Below are positions 14,643 through 29,996 of a DNA stretch of 64,000 bases, piece by piece (position 1 is the stretch's first letter; each line of letters opens with the position of its first letter). Under the pieces are notes generated by a model, which ran no database searches, was not told the DNA's origin, and worked only from the letters and a program-made list of their open reading frames with translations. Origin of the DNA: Eledone cirrhosa (lineage: Eukaryota); the NCBI GenBank assembly GCA_964016885.1, contig OZ024747.1:76818001-76882000 (forward strand), read 5' to 3'. The position numbers were made by a program, and so were the translations under genes.

Positions 14643-14670
14643 CTCTTAACCTCTAACCTAACTTCTAATT
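14330..14670. repeat. Fold-back inverted duplication spanning microsatellites and flank
   Basis: ttagaagttaggttagaggttaagag..(TA)(CT)(CA)..aagttaaaacaatgaaataaaaaatcaagtccttagaga mirrored on the other side of a short loop near 14485. Confidence 0.85.
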
Positions 14671-14783
14671 TATTAATTTATCTTTTATGTTATTTATCAT
14701 TATATTCCTTCTTCCTACTATAACCATCCGTGGATTTAACCAATGCATATGTATGTATATATTTAATATTTATTTTCATTTTA

Positions 14784-14963
14784 ATAATTGTTTCTACTTT
14801 TGGCACAAGGCCAGCAATTACCCAGTGCATTACTGGTACTATATCTTATCGACCCCGTAAGGATGAAAGGCAAAGTCAACCTCGGCGGGATTTGAACTCA
14901 GAATGGCAAGGGCCGTAACTCTATGCATCAAAGCATGGCATCCAACCCTCTACCGATACTGCT
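14784..14963 (-). mobile_element. SINE family 1 copy
   Basis: Reverse complement of the family consensus. Confidence 0.85.
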
Positions 14964-15516
14964 AATTCATATCTTTATAGTTACACACCACTATAAATTT
15001 AACCACCACCACTATTTTCAACAATCATATTATGTTCATATATATTTTTTTAACTTATTTTTTATCATCATTCTAACTTCTTTATTATTAATTTTTCTTT
15101 TTCTTTTTCTTTTTCTTTTTCTTTTTCTTTTTCTTTTTCTTTTTCTTTTTCTTTTTCTTTTTCTTTTTCTTTTTCTTTTTCTTTTTCTTTTTCTTTTAGT
15201 AAAGATGTTGTTATTTGAATTCTCCGTAGTATAAATACAAACATCGAGTGTAATTTGGTCAGTTATTCCGATGATTTGATTAGGCATACACTGTATTGAA
15301 GGTTGAGTGACACAACTTCAAGTAATTAGCAGCCTTTACATATCCTAATCAATGAAACAATTGTTAATACTGTAAATAAAACGCTTTTTGTACTGTTGAC
15401 CATGTTATTCTTCACCTTTTCACTATATATATGTGTGTGTGTGTGTGTAGGATCCAGATGTAAGTCAGGGGGCAAGCACCGTCATAAAAGTACTCAATAC
15501 TGTAGTAAAATATAGG

Positions 15517-15663
15517 TATATTCATTTTATTATAGACATAACTTCTATATAACTAGAACTGTTTCATTCCTTAAAAATCATCAGAACTTTCCTGTTGATT
15601 TTTTTTTACGAATGAAACAGTTTTAGTCCAGTAGAAGTGATTTCTATAACATAATGAATATGT
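15517..15663. mobile_element. Decayed palindromic element truncated at the HHR core
   Basis: Imperfect inverted arms; CTGATGA..gaat-GAAAc on the minus strand and CTGTTGA..gaat-GAAAc..GTC on the plus strand, both starting close to the palindrome centre; abuts (TA)n. Confidence 0.55.
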
Positions 15664-15696
15664 ATATATATATGTATATGTACATATATATGTACA

Positions 15697-15771
<75 letters not shown>

Positions 15772-16220
15772 TGTGTGTGTGTGTGTGTGGTAAAAGGGAA
15801 AAATCGCAGGAGTATATATAGGGATTATTTTTTTCTTTAATCTGACAGCATGAATATTTTTATAATTGTTAAATTAAATTGATTTAATTTGTTGCCAAAT
15901 ATTACCGATTTCGATTGATATAGCAATCTTATCAAATTAATATATATATATATATATATATAGCTTTATATTACCGCCTCATTATCGTCCTCGAAACTGA
16001 CTGATAACGTTCTCTCATTCTATTTTTTCATTTTAAATGTGTCATCCATATCAGACGAGACTCCAACACACTTTATTATCTTCACAAACTACACATTTTT
16101 TTTCTTCTTTTTTCTTTTATTCTTTGTCTCTTTATGTCCTTCACTCCATTTCTGTATATTTCTGTGCCTCAGACACGCCTTCACAATTTCTTCCCTTCCT
16201 CTCCGTCTCTCTCTCTCTCC

Positions 16221-16346
<126 letters not shown>

Positions 16347-16475
16347 TGCCAGTTTACGTGCACTGTATCGAAGCGAATAACTATGTGTATACTCTGAGAG
16401 TTTATTTAACATTATATATTGAGTACGCTGAGATGCAACCGGTCCTAGCAGTGATACCCATGCTAGGTCCGTCAA

Positions 16476-16524
<49 letters not shown>

Positions 16525-16974
16525 TTAGACTGTAGAGGAATGGTGCATGCTTACATGCATGAATTTCAACTTTTATTATTTATAACTGCATTGTTTCCTT
16601 CCAGAGATTATGTTGAAGAATAAACCTCATTCAATCATTCCATGAGAGTATCTTGGTCAGCATATGAACTTTTCAGTCGTCCCCCGTATATATATATACG
16701 AGTACCCTCCACCTCCAACTATCTTACCCTCCACATCTTGGTAGCAGCTGACAGATGTAATTATTAGAAAAGGGTAGACAATTTAAAGAAATTAAGAATT
16801 TATCTCTCAATATTGATTTACATGCTAAAGGGAAATTCCAATTTATTTATTTTTTTACAAGGGAAGCAACTATGGGCATGTTTCGGTCTGATAAACTTCA
16901 TCATCATTGTCTAATCAACACAACTGCTTGATCAAATAACAAAAGATTTTTACATATAATAAGAGTTACAAAAT

Positions 16975-17170
16975 ATCGATTTCTAATTTGGTGGAAGGGC
17001 ATGTTGATTAAATCAACCTCAGTATATGACTGGTGGTTTATTTTATAGACCCCGAAAGGATGAAAGGCAAAGTTGATCCTGGCGGCACTTGAACTCAGAA
17101 TATAAAGAGCCATATCAAATGCCTCAATGCCATTTTATCCGACACTATAGCAATTTTGACAATCCACCGC
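16975..17170 (-). mobile_element. SINE family 1, diverged subfamily
   Basis: gaccccgaaaggatgaaaggcaaagttga core and B box retained. Confidence 0.7.
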
Positions 17171-17672
17171 TCTTTTTGATTGTCAAAATATGAACAGAAA
17201 AAGAATTTTATGCCATTAAAGTAATTTAGTGGATATTTTTCTGTTCATAAATATGGAAACAATGAGTGATAGAGAAGTTGGAGGATCGTCACGTTCTCCT
17301 CGAAGGATAGAAAGATATATTCAGTATAAAGAAAGATATATTCACTTTAAACATAATTGTTTCTACTTTTGGCACAAGGGCAGCAATTACCCAGTATATT
17401 ACTGGTTCTTTAAACATAATACTATATTCGTGGGTCAATATACCAGAGATTCGTGGGTCATTATACCAGAGATGGTTTCAAATTGATGATTTCTGTTGGA
17501 ACAGGTGCACAGGTAACTTTGTAATTAACTTCTCACTTATTTCACAACTTTCACAAAAATAAACAACAGCTACAGAAAAACAATAACACAACAATAATAA
17601 ATAAATGGATCAAGTATTTATGACTATTCGAGAAAAAAGTACATACACATTAGCTCTTTGTCTCTGTCTCTC

Positions 17673-17747
<75 letters not shown>

Positions 17748-18214
17748 ATATATATATATATATTCTTTCACTTAACTATTCTCTCTTGATTGCTTTCTCT
17801 TTCTTTTATCTCTCTCTCTCCCTCTCTTCTCTCTCTTTCTCTCTTGCTGTCGCTCAGTATCTTTTCATATTTATCTGTTCTGTTCTCTGTCACCTCCCAC
17901 CCTCTCACTCTTTCTCCCCCTCCCCCCCTCCCCCATCTCCCCTATATAGATATAAAATACTTCACCCTCATATTCCAGAACAATACAGATAAGATATTTG
18001 GCCTTTTTTGTTTTTGTTTTTGTTGATTTAAAGTAAAGACTGTTTATGCCGATAGATAGTCTAAGTAGAGCACATTGTGTCAGGTTGACGGGGAAATGTT
18101 CCACCTGGCAAAGATTCTATCTAAACTTCTTCACATACATTGTTATGTTGTCTACATTAACCAAAGTCTGAAACAAAACACCAGAAACGTTCTATTAACA
18201 TTACATTGTTCTAA

Positions 18215-18495
18215 TCAGCTTGGTGGTAAGGGTGTTGGATTTAAGAATATAATGCCGTGGGTTCGATTCCTAGACTGACTTGTGTTGTGTTCTTGAGCAA
18301 AACACTTCGTTTCACGTTGCTCCAGTATAACGCAGCTAAAAATGAGTACCAGTTGCAATAGCTAGGTGTTTAACCCTGCGATAGACTGGCGTCCTGTCCA
18401 AGAGGAAGTCTTGTACTCTCAGTGGATAAACGCCACGGAAATCGGGATAAGCAACGGCGTGGTGAGACTTCGAGCTCGAGACAGACTTTATACTT
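18215..18495 (+). mobile_element. SINE family 2 copy
   Basis: gggttcgattcc B box, ttcttgagcaaaacactt core, ccctgcgatagactggcgtcctgtcca tail; similar copies at 63130-63385 (+) and 50850-51083 (-). Confidence 0.75.
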
Positions 18496-19989
18496 TTGTA
18501 TTCTGGTTTCAAATCGCGCCGGGATCAAAGCTTTGCTTTTTATCTTTTCGGAATGGATACATAAAGAATCAGTCCAGAGTGGTGAATTGGCGGAATTTTC
18601 AAGACATTAGTCGAGATACCTTTCAGTAGTTTTTCTGGATCTTAGCTTTTTTAGTTTAAATTCTCCACCTTACTGAAGGCCCAAAAGTATTGAGGTTACT
18701 GCAAAGTGTTGACATCGAAAGCAGTAGGTATGTTTGTAGTACTTGATTTTAAATGTATTGGTCGTTATGTTGTGCTCACATGTGAGTTTGAACCACACAC
18801 TCCAAGTTAACAAAACAATATTTGGTTTTGCAGTGATCTAACCTTCCCCCGCTGTTCAACTACACCATCGTGTAAAAAAAAAGACACCATGCTCTCTTCC
18901 ATTGAGATATAAATGTCTTTTTTTTTATTATAATTCCATTCCTATCTAAGATGTACAGGAATATTAAATATATCCAAATATTTAACTGGCGCTTCATTTT
19001 ATTGATAAAGGGAAGGAATGCAAATTTGAACTAAGAGAAATGTGAGCTCAGTACGTAATGGGCTGTAACTAAATACTGCAGACATTTTGTCCGACGCTGT
19101 AACGGTTTTGTCTTTCTAGAATTTAGTACCAATAACATTATAACAATCGCTGATCATTCGTTTTATAGTCTGATACTATATCATGTCGGCCTTATAAAGC
19201 TTTCCATCCAGAAGTGGAGCAATAATCAATTGACACGAAAAGCAAAATGTTATATGTATATATAATAGATCGAAACTTGCATTAGCTGAAACTGAAGTAA
19301 CATGATTATGTCTGCCAGACAGCAATAAAATGTAGTTCAGTTTATTGCTGATGCAATTTATAATATAACGATTGATAAGCTCATCTGTGGTTTAGTAACA
19401 ACAGTGCAGACAGCAATAAATAAACTCTAACGACGTTAAACTACTTAAAATATCTTCCATATAGATGATGTAAACACGGCTAATGGTGGCTTTGGCGAAC
19501 GTTTTTCTACCTTCATTCTAAAATATCCAGATATTCTTACCGGCTCTAAAAAAATGACATTCATTCTAAAAACAATTCTGTAAAATATATCCACAATTTC
19601 AACATCAGAATGATAGGTTTAAGTTGTATCAAATTTGTTGTTATAATGGTAGTTAAATTAAAATGAACTCAAAAGACAGCTGCCCTATTGATCAAAAGAG
19701 TATCTATTTATATATTTCTACTAGTGTTGTACTATGTCACTGAACAAAACACTTAATTCGTAATGTCGTGTTCTACTTGGTTCTAAATGGGAACCAATTA
19801 TCTATTTTTAAAGTAACGAAGAACTATATTCCACCATTGTTACTACCGTGATGCGTCTGTATAAACCGAATAGAATTCCTGTTATGGTGTACCTACGAAA
19901 CAAGAGGGGACCGTGAGCATGTGAAATGATTCCGCAACTTCATACGATTATTCTATACAAGGTCTATACCTTTCTCAAATGTATTATAA

Positions 19990-20173
19990 GATTGGCAGTA
20001 TCGGTAGAGGGTCGGACGCCATGCTTTGCAACAAAGAGTTACGGCCCTTTATGATCTGAGTTCAAATCCCGCCGAGGTTAACTTTGCCTTTCATCCTTAC
20101 GGGGTCGATAAAATAAAGTAACAGTAATACATTGGGATAATTGCTGGTCTTGTGCTAAAAGTAGAAACAATTA
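19990..20173 (+). mobile_element. SINE family 1 copy
   Basis: Matches consensus end to end. Confidence 0.85.
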
Positions 20174-21665
20174 TAAAGTAAATGAAATGAATATCCTTGA
20201 ACTAAGTTTATAATACTGTGTCGCGGGCTCAACTTGATGGAAACTAATTTTTGGCTTTATGATACTTACACTTTTTAATGAGTTATTAATATAATAACTT
20301 ATTATATTAAACTATTAGTCTCACATAGTCAAGATACCATAGTGAAAGACATCTAGCCTAATCCGATAATGGAAACTTTTTCCCAATGAAGCCCGCCTAT
20401 AGACACACACAAATATATGTATGTAAACATGTATGCGTATAAGCAATCCATCCATCTCAAAACCTCAGCCATCTGGAACCCCTTCCTAGCTTATGTCTTT
20501 TCTACAGGAGAGGACTTGCAACACTTTAAACGGAATATTGACGACATCGATTTCCCTAGTATCAGAGGACGTGTCTACACTGAATACGCTGCTTCTACTT
20601 CCAGGCCTACCAAGTAATAAAATAAAAAAGTTAATCAAAATGAAGAGATATTTACCGAGATCTTTACGAGTTCTCCAAGACTTGAGTAGTTAATGTAGTT
20701 GTTAAGAAACCCTAGATATTGAAGGACAATATCTACTGGAAATCCATATATGGTAGGGAAACGCGTGGTTTGGTCCGAACCTTAGCATCAATGTGAATTT
20801 TGTTGAAGATATTCAATAATGAGACGGCGTTGTTAAATCAGTTGACGTATTAATGACAATTTAATTAGATAAAATTATATGCCGTTATAAATTTAATGAG
20901 ATGTTCTTCAATGTTAGCCATATCACTAAACCCTTTCAGCATGAAATAAAATGAAATTATTATTAAAGGAAAAACTTCGCTGGTTTTAAAAGATATTTGC
21001 CATCTGTTGTAAGTTTTTAAATTATAAATTATGCACAACTACTTCATTTTTGGAGAGGCTCTGCAAATGTTTGATACAATTCAATGATAAAGCAATAACT
21101 AAAACGTCTTTATAAATTGCTGGCAAAATATTTCTATTCATGCGTAACACGTTAGCATCGCTAGGAATTCGTTAGATCGCTGGTATGATGTGAATAATAT
21201 TAGACAGACGGGAAATTCACACATTCAATGTACGGTGTAATTGATGCATGAGGTGTTGTCAAAATGCAGTCTTACTAATCGATATATATTCTGAAAGACT
21301 CTATTTCCAAGAAATCCATTTATCTTACACGCAAAAAAAAATGTTATATCGATTTTAGCAGAAAATACTAATCGCATAGGAAACATATTGTTACATAAAA
21401 GCTAGCCAACATTTTTCGTTCGTTTAAACGGTTATGGAAATCTGCTATTCTTTAAAAGTAGTTAGTTCCATTGAGGAATCTTAATAACACAACCTTGTTT
21501 CAAAAGCAGTGAGCTGTTGAGAGATGAATCTTACGCTAGGACAGCAATGTATCTCTGTTATATTCCACTTATTTATGGTATGATGTACAATGGCAAGTTG
21601 GGTCCACTCAAGAGTAAGAATTTCATATACATACATACATATACATATATGTGTGTGCGTGTAGA

Positions 21666-21727
<62 letters not shown>

Positions 21728-21737
21728 TTATATTTAC

Positions 21738-21910
21738 TCAGCGCCTATGGTGGTGAGTAAGGAGATAGCCCTGGGGCCGAGGACACCTGAAGTTTCCACT
21801 GCCAGGGGAACGACCGCAAACCTGTCGGAGAGCGACTGGTATTTGATTTATTAAAATAACAGATTAAAGTTTAAGCAAAGAATCGCTGCTTTCACCTTTA
21901 ACGGGATCTT

Positions 21911-21911
<1 letters not shown>
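21738..21911 (-). mobile_element. Insertion between microsatellites with an HHR truncated at its first core base
   Basis: Minus strand directly after (TG)n: TGAAGA-tcccgttaaaggt-GAAA-gca gcgattctt tgc-TT. Confidence 0.5.
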
Positions 21912-21952
<41 letters not shown>

Positions 21953-21967
21953 ATATAATATAATATA

Positions 21968-22049
<82 letters not shown>

Positions 22050-22184
22050 GTTATGTCTGTATACATACAGAGGAGGTGACCGAAGACGAACTCACGACTC
22101 CTCGATCGTGTGTAGGTCAGCTTATATGTAGACGTTGTCATACCAATTCAATCCCCAGTTAAAAGAACTGAGTGTCCGGCACAC

Positions 22185-23400
22185 CAACAACCACCACCAC
22201 CACCACAACAACAACAACAACAGCGACGAAGACCACCACCACCACAACAACAACAACAACAGCGACGAAGACCACCACCACCACCACTACTACAACAACA
22301 ACAGCGACGAAGACCACCACCACCACCACCACCACCACCACAACAACAACAACAGCGACGAAGACCACCACCACCACCACTACTACAACAACAACAACAA
22401 CAACAGCGACGAAGACCACCACCACCACCACTACTACAACAACAACAGCGACGAAGACCACCACCACCACCACCACCACAACAACAACAGCGACGAAAAC
22501 CACCACCACCACCACCACCACAACAACAACAGCGACGAAGACCACCACCACCACCACCACCACCACAACAACAACAACAACAGCGACGAAGACCACCACC
22601 ACCACCACTACTACAACAACAACAGCGACGAAGACCACCACCACCACCACCACCACCACCACCACAACAACAACAACAGCGACGAAGACCACCACCACCA
22701 CCACTACTACAACAACAACAGCGACGAAGACCACCACCACCACCACCACCACAACAACAACAGCGACGAAGACCACCACCACCACCACCACCACCACAAC
22801 AACAACAACAACAGCGACGAAGACCACCACCACCACCACTACTACAACAACAACAGCGACGAAGACCACCACCACCACCACCACCACAACAACAACAGCG
22901 ACGAAAACCACCACCACCACCACCACAACAACAACAGCGACGAAGACCACCACCACCACCACCACCACCACAACAACAACAACAACAGCGACGAAGACCA
23001 CCACCACCACCACTACTACAACAACAACAGCGACGAAGACCACCACCACCACCACCACCACCACCACAACAACAACAACAGCGACGAAGACCACCACCAC
23101 CACCACAACAACAACAACAACAGCGACGAAGACCACCACCACCACCACTACTACAACAACAACAGCGACGAAGACCACCACCACCACCACCACCACCACC
23201 ACAACAACAACAACAACAACAGCGACGAAGACCACCACCACCACCACTACTACAACAACAACAACAGCGACGAAGACCACCACCACCACCACTACTACAA
23301 CAACAACAGCGACGAAGACCACCACCACCACCACTACTACAACAACAACAGCGACGAAGACCACCACCACCACCACCACCACCACAACAACAACAACAAC
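22185..23400. repeat. Compound satellite [AGCGACGAAGAC-(CAC)n-(TAC)0-2-(AAC)n], about 30 units
   Basis: Direct inspection; unit lengths vary in multiples of 3. Confidence 0.95.
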
Positions 23401-24484
23401 AGTAATTACACCAAGTATCAACAACAACAACAGTAATTGCACCCAGTTGCATCAACATCAAACAACGACAACAACAACAATAAAAACTAAATCTACGTTT
23501 AAATGCGTAACATATCGTGTTCTGGAGAGAGAGGGGGGAGAAGAGAGAGGGGGGAGGTGAAGAGAGAGGGGGGAGAAGAGTGAGATAGGGAGAGAGGGGA
23601 AGATAAGAGGGAGAGAGAAAAGGAGGAGGAGTTGAAAATACTTCTTAAATAACCTAATTGTTCTGTAGCTGTATTAACTGCTCTTTCTGTCTTCCATATA
23701 ATGGAATAATGAACGTTTTATTGCAAGTATGTTCATGTTCTCCTGTTTTTAATTGAGACAATAGCTCAACCAACTTGATGGAAGCTTGCATGCAATACTG
23801 AAATCCATTTTCATTTACATCCAGCTTAGTTTACAAACAAAGAAGCTATTAACAGATGTGCATTATATATATATATTTTTTTTTTATAAATAAATAAATA
23901 AATAAATAGATAAATAAATAAATAAATAAATAAATATAAAGATAAATAAATATAAAAATAGATAAATAAAACAATATAAAAGCAGAGAGGTATCTGATAC
24001 GAAATTTCCCAATGCTGTTCACCTATTTCTGAATGTAGAAACAATGAAAGGGAGCGAGGGGTGACCCCTAAGATGTCAGTTGACCTGCTAGAAACATCAC
24101 ATATATCTTGAATTATATATCCTACTGTTAACAACATTACCCTTCATCGTTTCAGGGTGCCGATGAAATAAAATGTCAGCCCAGTTCTAGGTGTTGTATT
24201 GGCGGAATTATTCGCCAAACAAGAGGATCTGTGTTTTTTTGTTTCGGCTGTTTAAGTTGTGGGTTTGTCAGGGTTCCGTGTGTAGCTTCAGAAAAGCATT
24301 CGGACAAGGTTTGGAGGGTGTTTTTTTCTGTTTTTCACCATCAAATCTTGGAAACATATTAGGACATGGAGGCTGCTTTTCCATCACTGAATTAGTGATA
24401 TTAACAAGACACATTGGATAATGTAGTCCTAGATATGTTATCTGTTATCTGGTTGGAGAGAGAGAGAGAGGTATATATATATAT

Positions 24485-24517
<33 letters not shown>

Positions 24518-24578
24518 CAGAGAGACAGAGAGAGACAGAGAGAGAGAGACAGAGAGAAAGAGACGGAGAGAGAGAGGC

Positions 24579-24647
<69 letters not shown>

Positions 24648-25140
24648 AGGATGATCGTGACTGGAACAACTTTAATCTGAGTTCTGCTCGATCAAGCTGA
24701 ACCTGGACATCAGTCAGGAGATGTACAAGTTCTAGTAACTATACGGTAGAGTTGTTTATTTTATCGATCGATCGACAAGTTCCCTGACCCCATTCAGTTA
24801 CCGAATGGGGTGGAACTCATCAAATGGTCTTCCCCTTGCTGATACTATCCACCGGTTGCAACTCCGGGTAGAATGGAACATATATAATATATGTTGAATC
24901 TTTTGATTAAGTCAAATTAACTATGCAATTAGTAGACCAAACATCTTTCTAAAGGACACTGTAAACTGAGAACGAGCAAACAAGGGGAATTACTCTAACA
25001 ACATCATATAATATAAATTCTATGAAACAAACTCCTAAGGAAGGGGGAAAATAAAAAGGATCTAGTTCCACTGTGGATTGTACTGGTGTATTGAAGTTGG
25101 AAGAAATGGAATCGCCCACACGTCAGAGAAACTCAAAAGT

Positions 25141-25222
<82 letters not shown>

Positions 25223-25338
25223 CTCTCACTCTCTCTCTCACTATATATACAAGTGTGTGGGCGTGTGGGTGTGCGTGTGTGTATACATCTATACACATAC
25301 ACAAACATATACACGCATACAATTGTACACACACATAC

Positions 25339-25413
<75 letters not shown>

Positions 25414-25752
25414 TATATATACATATATCTATATATATATACACATATATATATATGAAGACACACAATGTATGAGAGTCAGACTTGTTGATATGCTATT
25501 CTTGCAGAAGCTCAACATCAGATATATCATTAAGAGAGTGTATTGTATGTATTTAGATATTGAGATGGAATAATAGCTTGCGGTATTAAAATGGCAATGA
25601 ACCACTCCGGCTCATGTGATTTGACTGCAAGTCGTTATTGAAATACGTGACTGGTCTGCCAATAGACTTGGCCTCACAAAACCTACGGGACATATATCAT
25701 ATTATAATATGAATGTCAATTCGAGAAGAACTAACAGTACTCTGTATATGTG

Positions 25753-25788
<36 letters not shown>

Positions 25789-25836
25789 CAAACATATATA
25801 TATATATACATGCATATACATGCATATATATATACA

Positions 25837-25927
<91 letters not shown>

Positions 25928-26062
25928 GTATGTATATATATATATATATATACATTTATATATGTGCTTACATATATATACATATATATATATGTGTGTA
26001 TGTGTGTGTTATATATACATGTGTGTATATACATATATATGCATGTATGTGTGTGTATATAT

Positions 26063-26103
<41 letters not shown>

Positions 26104-26544
26104 CACACATGTTAAACACATTTATATATTAGTGTGTAGGGGTAAATTTTAACGCAGACAGTGTGAGGGGTGGGGAACTTTGAAGTAATTAAACTCATAC
26201 AAAATAGAGTAAAGTGAGAATTAAATGTGGTGGGGTGGAGAAAGAGGAAGTTAAAATGTTGAAACGTTGAAAGATTGATGTTATATGACTGTGTTACTAA
26301 TACTACTACTATATACTACACTAAGATATGTATGTATGTATGTATGATGTTGATCTTTTCTTCTTTTCAGATTATAGCTACTATCGCTCAGAGAGTGGGA
26401 TTGGCTCAGTGCACAGTCTTTCTTCACTTTAAAAAAATATTTTCGCACAGGCATTGCACGATGGAATTAATTAATAATTACTAATAATGGTATATCGTGC
26501 AATGGCCATACTCGATAACGAGGCAGTCATCATGTATGTATGTA

Positions 26545-26790
26545 TCACTTGATGTTCAGGATGCGTCGGATACAATACTGATGAAACCTTTTCAGCTGCC
26601 TCTAAGTTGTGCAGGTTTCGCACCTGTATAGCAGAGCTGTAAGAACACGGACTTCATACACAGAGAGTTTTGTGTCTCTCGTGATACCCACGATCTTTGT
26701 TTCTCTAGCTTCCCGAACGCAAACCTGACTTTTGAAACCCTGAAAGCTGTCCACCACTTCAACTATTTTCCCTCCCATGAAAATATTTGG
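26545..26790 (-). mobile_element. RTE-clade LINE fragment
   Basis: IVEVVDSF..TKLSVYEVRVLTALLYRCETCTT*RQLKRFHQYCIRRILNIK. Confidence 0.75.
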
Positions 26791-27259
26791 CTCCACATGA
26801 ACTTCCCCAACTGGTGGAGTGTAACGACTTTACTGGTTGTTTCATGTTACTATTTAGCCCAAATGCAGTGCCAACATTGGAAATGGTGTCCAATCTATCG
26901 ACTGTGTGGGCCAAAATCTATCATCAGCATACAGGAAAGTATAACAAGGGTGCCAAATGTGTTAGACTTGGTATTAAAACGTCTTGGATTAAAAACTTAG
27001 TCGGGGTTAAGAGGTGTGTAGCCTTGGCTGGATGGCTTTTCTTATAGGAATAACAACTATCTTTTTTTAATGACTTAGACGACTGCCAACAATAGAAGCA
27101 GCACCTCTAATCACTTTTCCGTTCCTCCAAGACCTGTGGGATTAAGTTATCATTAGACTAGGAACCTGGCCCAAATGCTTCCAACGGAGTAAACTCTGCT
27201 AAAAGATATCCGACGTGCATGAAATGGTATTAAACCAAGGCACGGATTAAATCTACCAC

Positions 27260-27626
27260 AGTTTCCGTCTACCAAATACCACACATCTTGTGTAGATCTG
27301 AGTTTCTGTCTACTAAATGTCACACATCTTGTGTAGATCTGAGTTTCAGTCTACTAAATGTCACACATCTTATGTAGATCTGAGTTTCTGTCTACTAAAT
27401 ATCACACATCTTATGTAGATCTGAGTTTCCGTCTACCAAATACCACACATCTTGTGTAGATCTGAGTTTCTGTCTACTAAATGTCACACATCTTATGTAG
27501 ATCTGAGTTTCCGTCTACCAAATACCACACATCTTGTGTAGATCTGAGTTTCTGTCTACTAAATGTCACACATCTTATGTAGATCTGAGTTTCCGTCTAC
27601 CAAATACCACACATCTTGTGTAGATC
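27260..27626. repeat. 41-bp minisatellite, about 9 copies, two alternating variants
   Basis: agtttccgtctaccaaataccacacatcttgtgtagatctg / agtttctgtctactaaatgtcacacatcttatgtagatctg. Confidence 0.95.
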
Positions 27627-28438
27627 CGATTCAATGATAAACGAGGCCTCTTCAAGATACTGTGCTGTGGGTTTCAATATGAAACTATATAGTTGCAAAG
27701 AGATGTTTCTAAATACCTAGCCATGTCTCCTCTCATTGGAAAAATAAGGACTTCTTTGTTTGAAACATTGAGGTTAACGTGACGAGGCAAAACGTAGGAA
27801 TTTGGTTAATATGGACATCAATATTCAATTAGTAAGTGCACATGGTCAGAAACCATTAGAGTAAAATAGATTAAATAATAAAGAGAGGAAGCAGCTTGGA
27901 TGTTGGCAGTTAATGTGTAATAATGATTTCTAATTTAGGTAGAAGAACGGTAATTTTTTGTGGGGGGACAAAGTCGATAATATCGACCACAGTAATTACT
28001 GGTATTTTACTAAAATAATTATTTTACTTCGATTTTTCAGCGAAAAAGTTGTTTTAGTTTTTTATTCCTCAGCATCGCCAATGTTAACACATATATCTGC
28101 TACACTTGTAGGTGTTGGAGATATCAGTGTAATGTGATGAGGTAGATTTCTGTGTGGTATGTTGTACTCTTGATCAAAATACACCATTTACACATTGCTT
28201 CAGTCAACACAACTGAAAATAGACCCAGCGGCAGCTGGGAGGTAACCCTGGTTTAACCGTTTCATCAAAAACTATGAGTGTCTCGTTTATTTCAACCATG
28301 TTTATATCGTTTATTTTATTTGCTTTAATCATTGTATGCATCTAAAAATACATTCATGCAATGTTTCCTCCTTATTTTAAAGCAGTTATTTGAGATATGT
28401 CTGGCTGCTATTTCTAGTTAATCTCTCTCACTCTTTCT

Positions 28439-28509
<71 letters not shown>

Positions 28510-28762
28510 CAATATGTTGAAAAGGTAAACACACTAAAGAGAGATAGTGCGCCATCAATAAAACAGGGAAAAACCACTATGGCTCCGTTAAGGACGGATG
28601 TATATGTGAAGGTATGTATATTTCGTCTGATAATTTGTAATATTTTTACATAGATCTATATGATATACTTACCAACACACATATACATCCCAGGAACGAT
28701 CGTAAAATGATGAATTTTTTAATATAAGGAACTTGTTCTTTGTGTTTATTTCATTGTTTTTA

Positions 28763-28815
<53 letters not shown>

Positions 28816-29109
28816 GTGGCGGTGCCCCAGCATGGCCTCTGATTCTCGGCTGGAACGCAAATATATATATATATATATATATATTTCTCTCTCTCTCTCT
28901 CTGCCATTCTCTTTACCTCACTTTCTATACCGCTATTATTTTAACTCATTACCTCTCTAATTGTTCCTTCTGGTAAAGACATCCATCGTACTTATTTCCT
29001 CCTCCTCTCTAAAGTACCTTAGTACTATTCTCTCGGGGCTGAACAGGGATTACACAACTTCTCGTTTACACCTAATTCATGTGGATATATACGAATATTA
29101 TTATTATTG

Positions 29110-29280
29110 GAAGAGGGTCGGACACAATGCTTTGCAGCATAGAGTTATGGCCCTTGCAATTCTGAGTACAAATCCCGCCGAGGTTTAACTTTGCCTTTCA
29201 TTCTTACGGGTCGATAAAATAAAGTATCAGTAATGTACTGAGATAATTGCTGGTCTTGTACCAAAAGTAGAAACAATTAT
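29110..29280 (+). mobile_element. SINE family 1 copy, 5' truncated
   Basis: Matches consensus from agagggtcggac to agaaacaatta. Confidence 0.8.
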
Positions 29281-29860
29281 TATTATTTGTGTGTATGCAT
29301 CTCTGTGTGAACACATATATATATATATATATATATAATATATGTGGTTATGGAAATATTAATATATATGTATATATATGTGTATGTGTGTGTGCGTATA
29401 TACATATGTTTGAGTATAAATCTATTCGTGTATGTGTGTGTGTACGTGTATTAATATATTTGTGTGTACGTGTATGTGAGTGCGTATGTAAATACATTTG
29501 TGTATCTCTATATATATATGTGTGTGTCTGTGTATATATATATGTGTGTGTACATACATATGTTTGTGTATAAATCTATTCGTGTATGTACGTGTATTAA
29601 TATAATTGTCTGTACGTATATGTGAGTGCGTATGTAAATACATTTGTGTGTATGTATATATATGTGTGTATGTGTACATAGAGTGTGTGTGTGAAAGTGA
29701 GTTTATAGAAAATCTTATTAGATGGTTGTTGAATACCATTGATTATCTGTCAAGACGAAAGAAATTAGTGTTTTTCATGAGAAACAGACGAGAAATACAA
29801 ATATTTCTGATATACTTTCTTTCAAAAGCAAGGATTTATGTCTGATTCTCCATAACATTA

Positions 29861-29996
29861 AATATGGACGGTGTGTATTGGATCTCCGTCGATACCGACG
29901 AGCAGTGTTTTAGTATAAGTTGTGCATATATCACAACTTGTACTGGAACACTCATCGTCGAGATTGACGGAGATCCAATACACACCGTATATATTT
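29861..29996. mobile_element. Hairpin MITE-like palindrome
   Basis: acggtgtgtattggatctccgtc...gacggagatccaatacacaccgt; arms pair almost to the centre. Confidence 0.6.
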
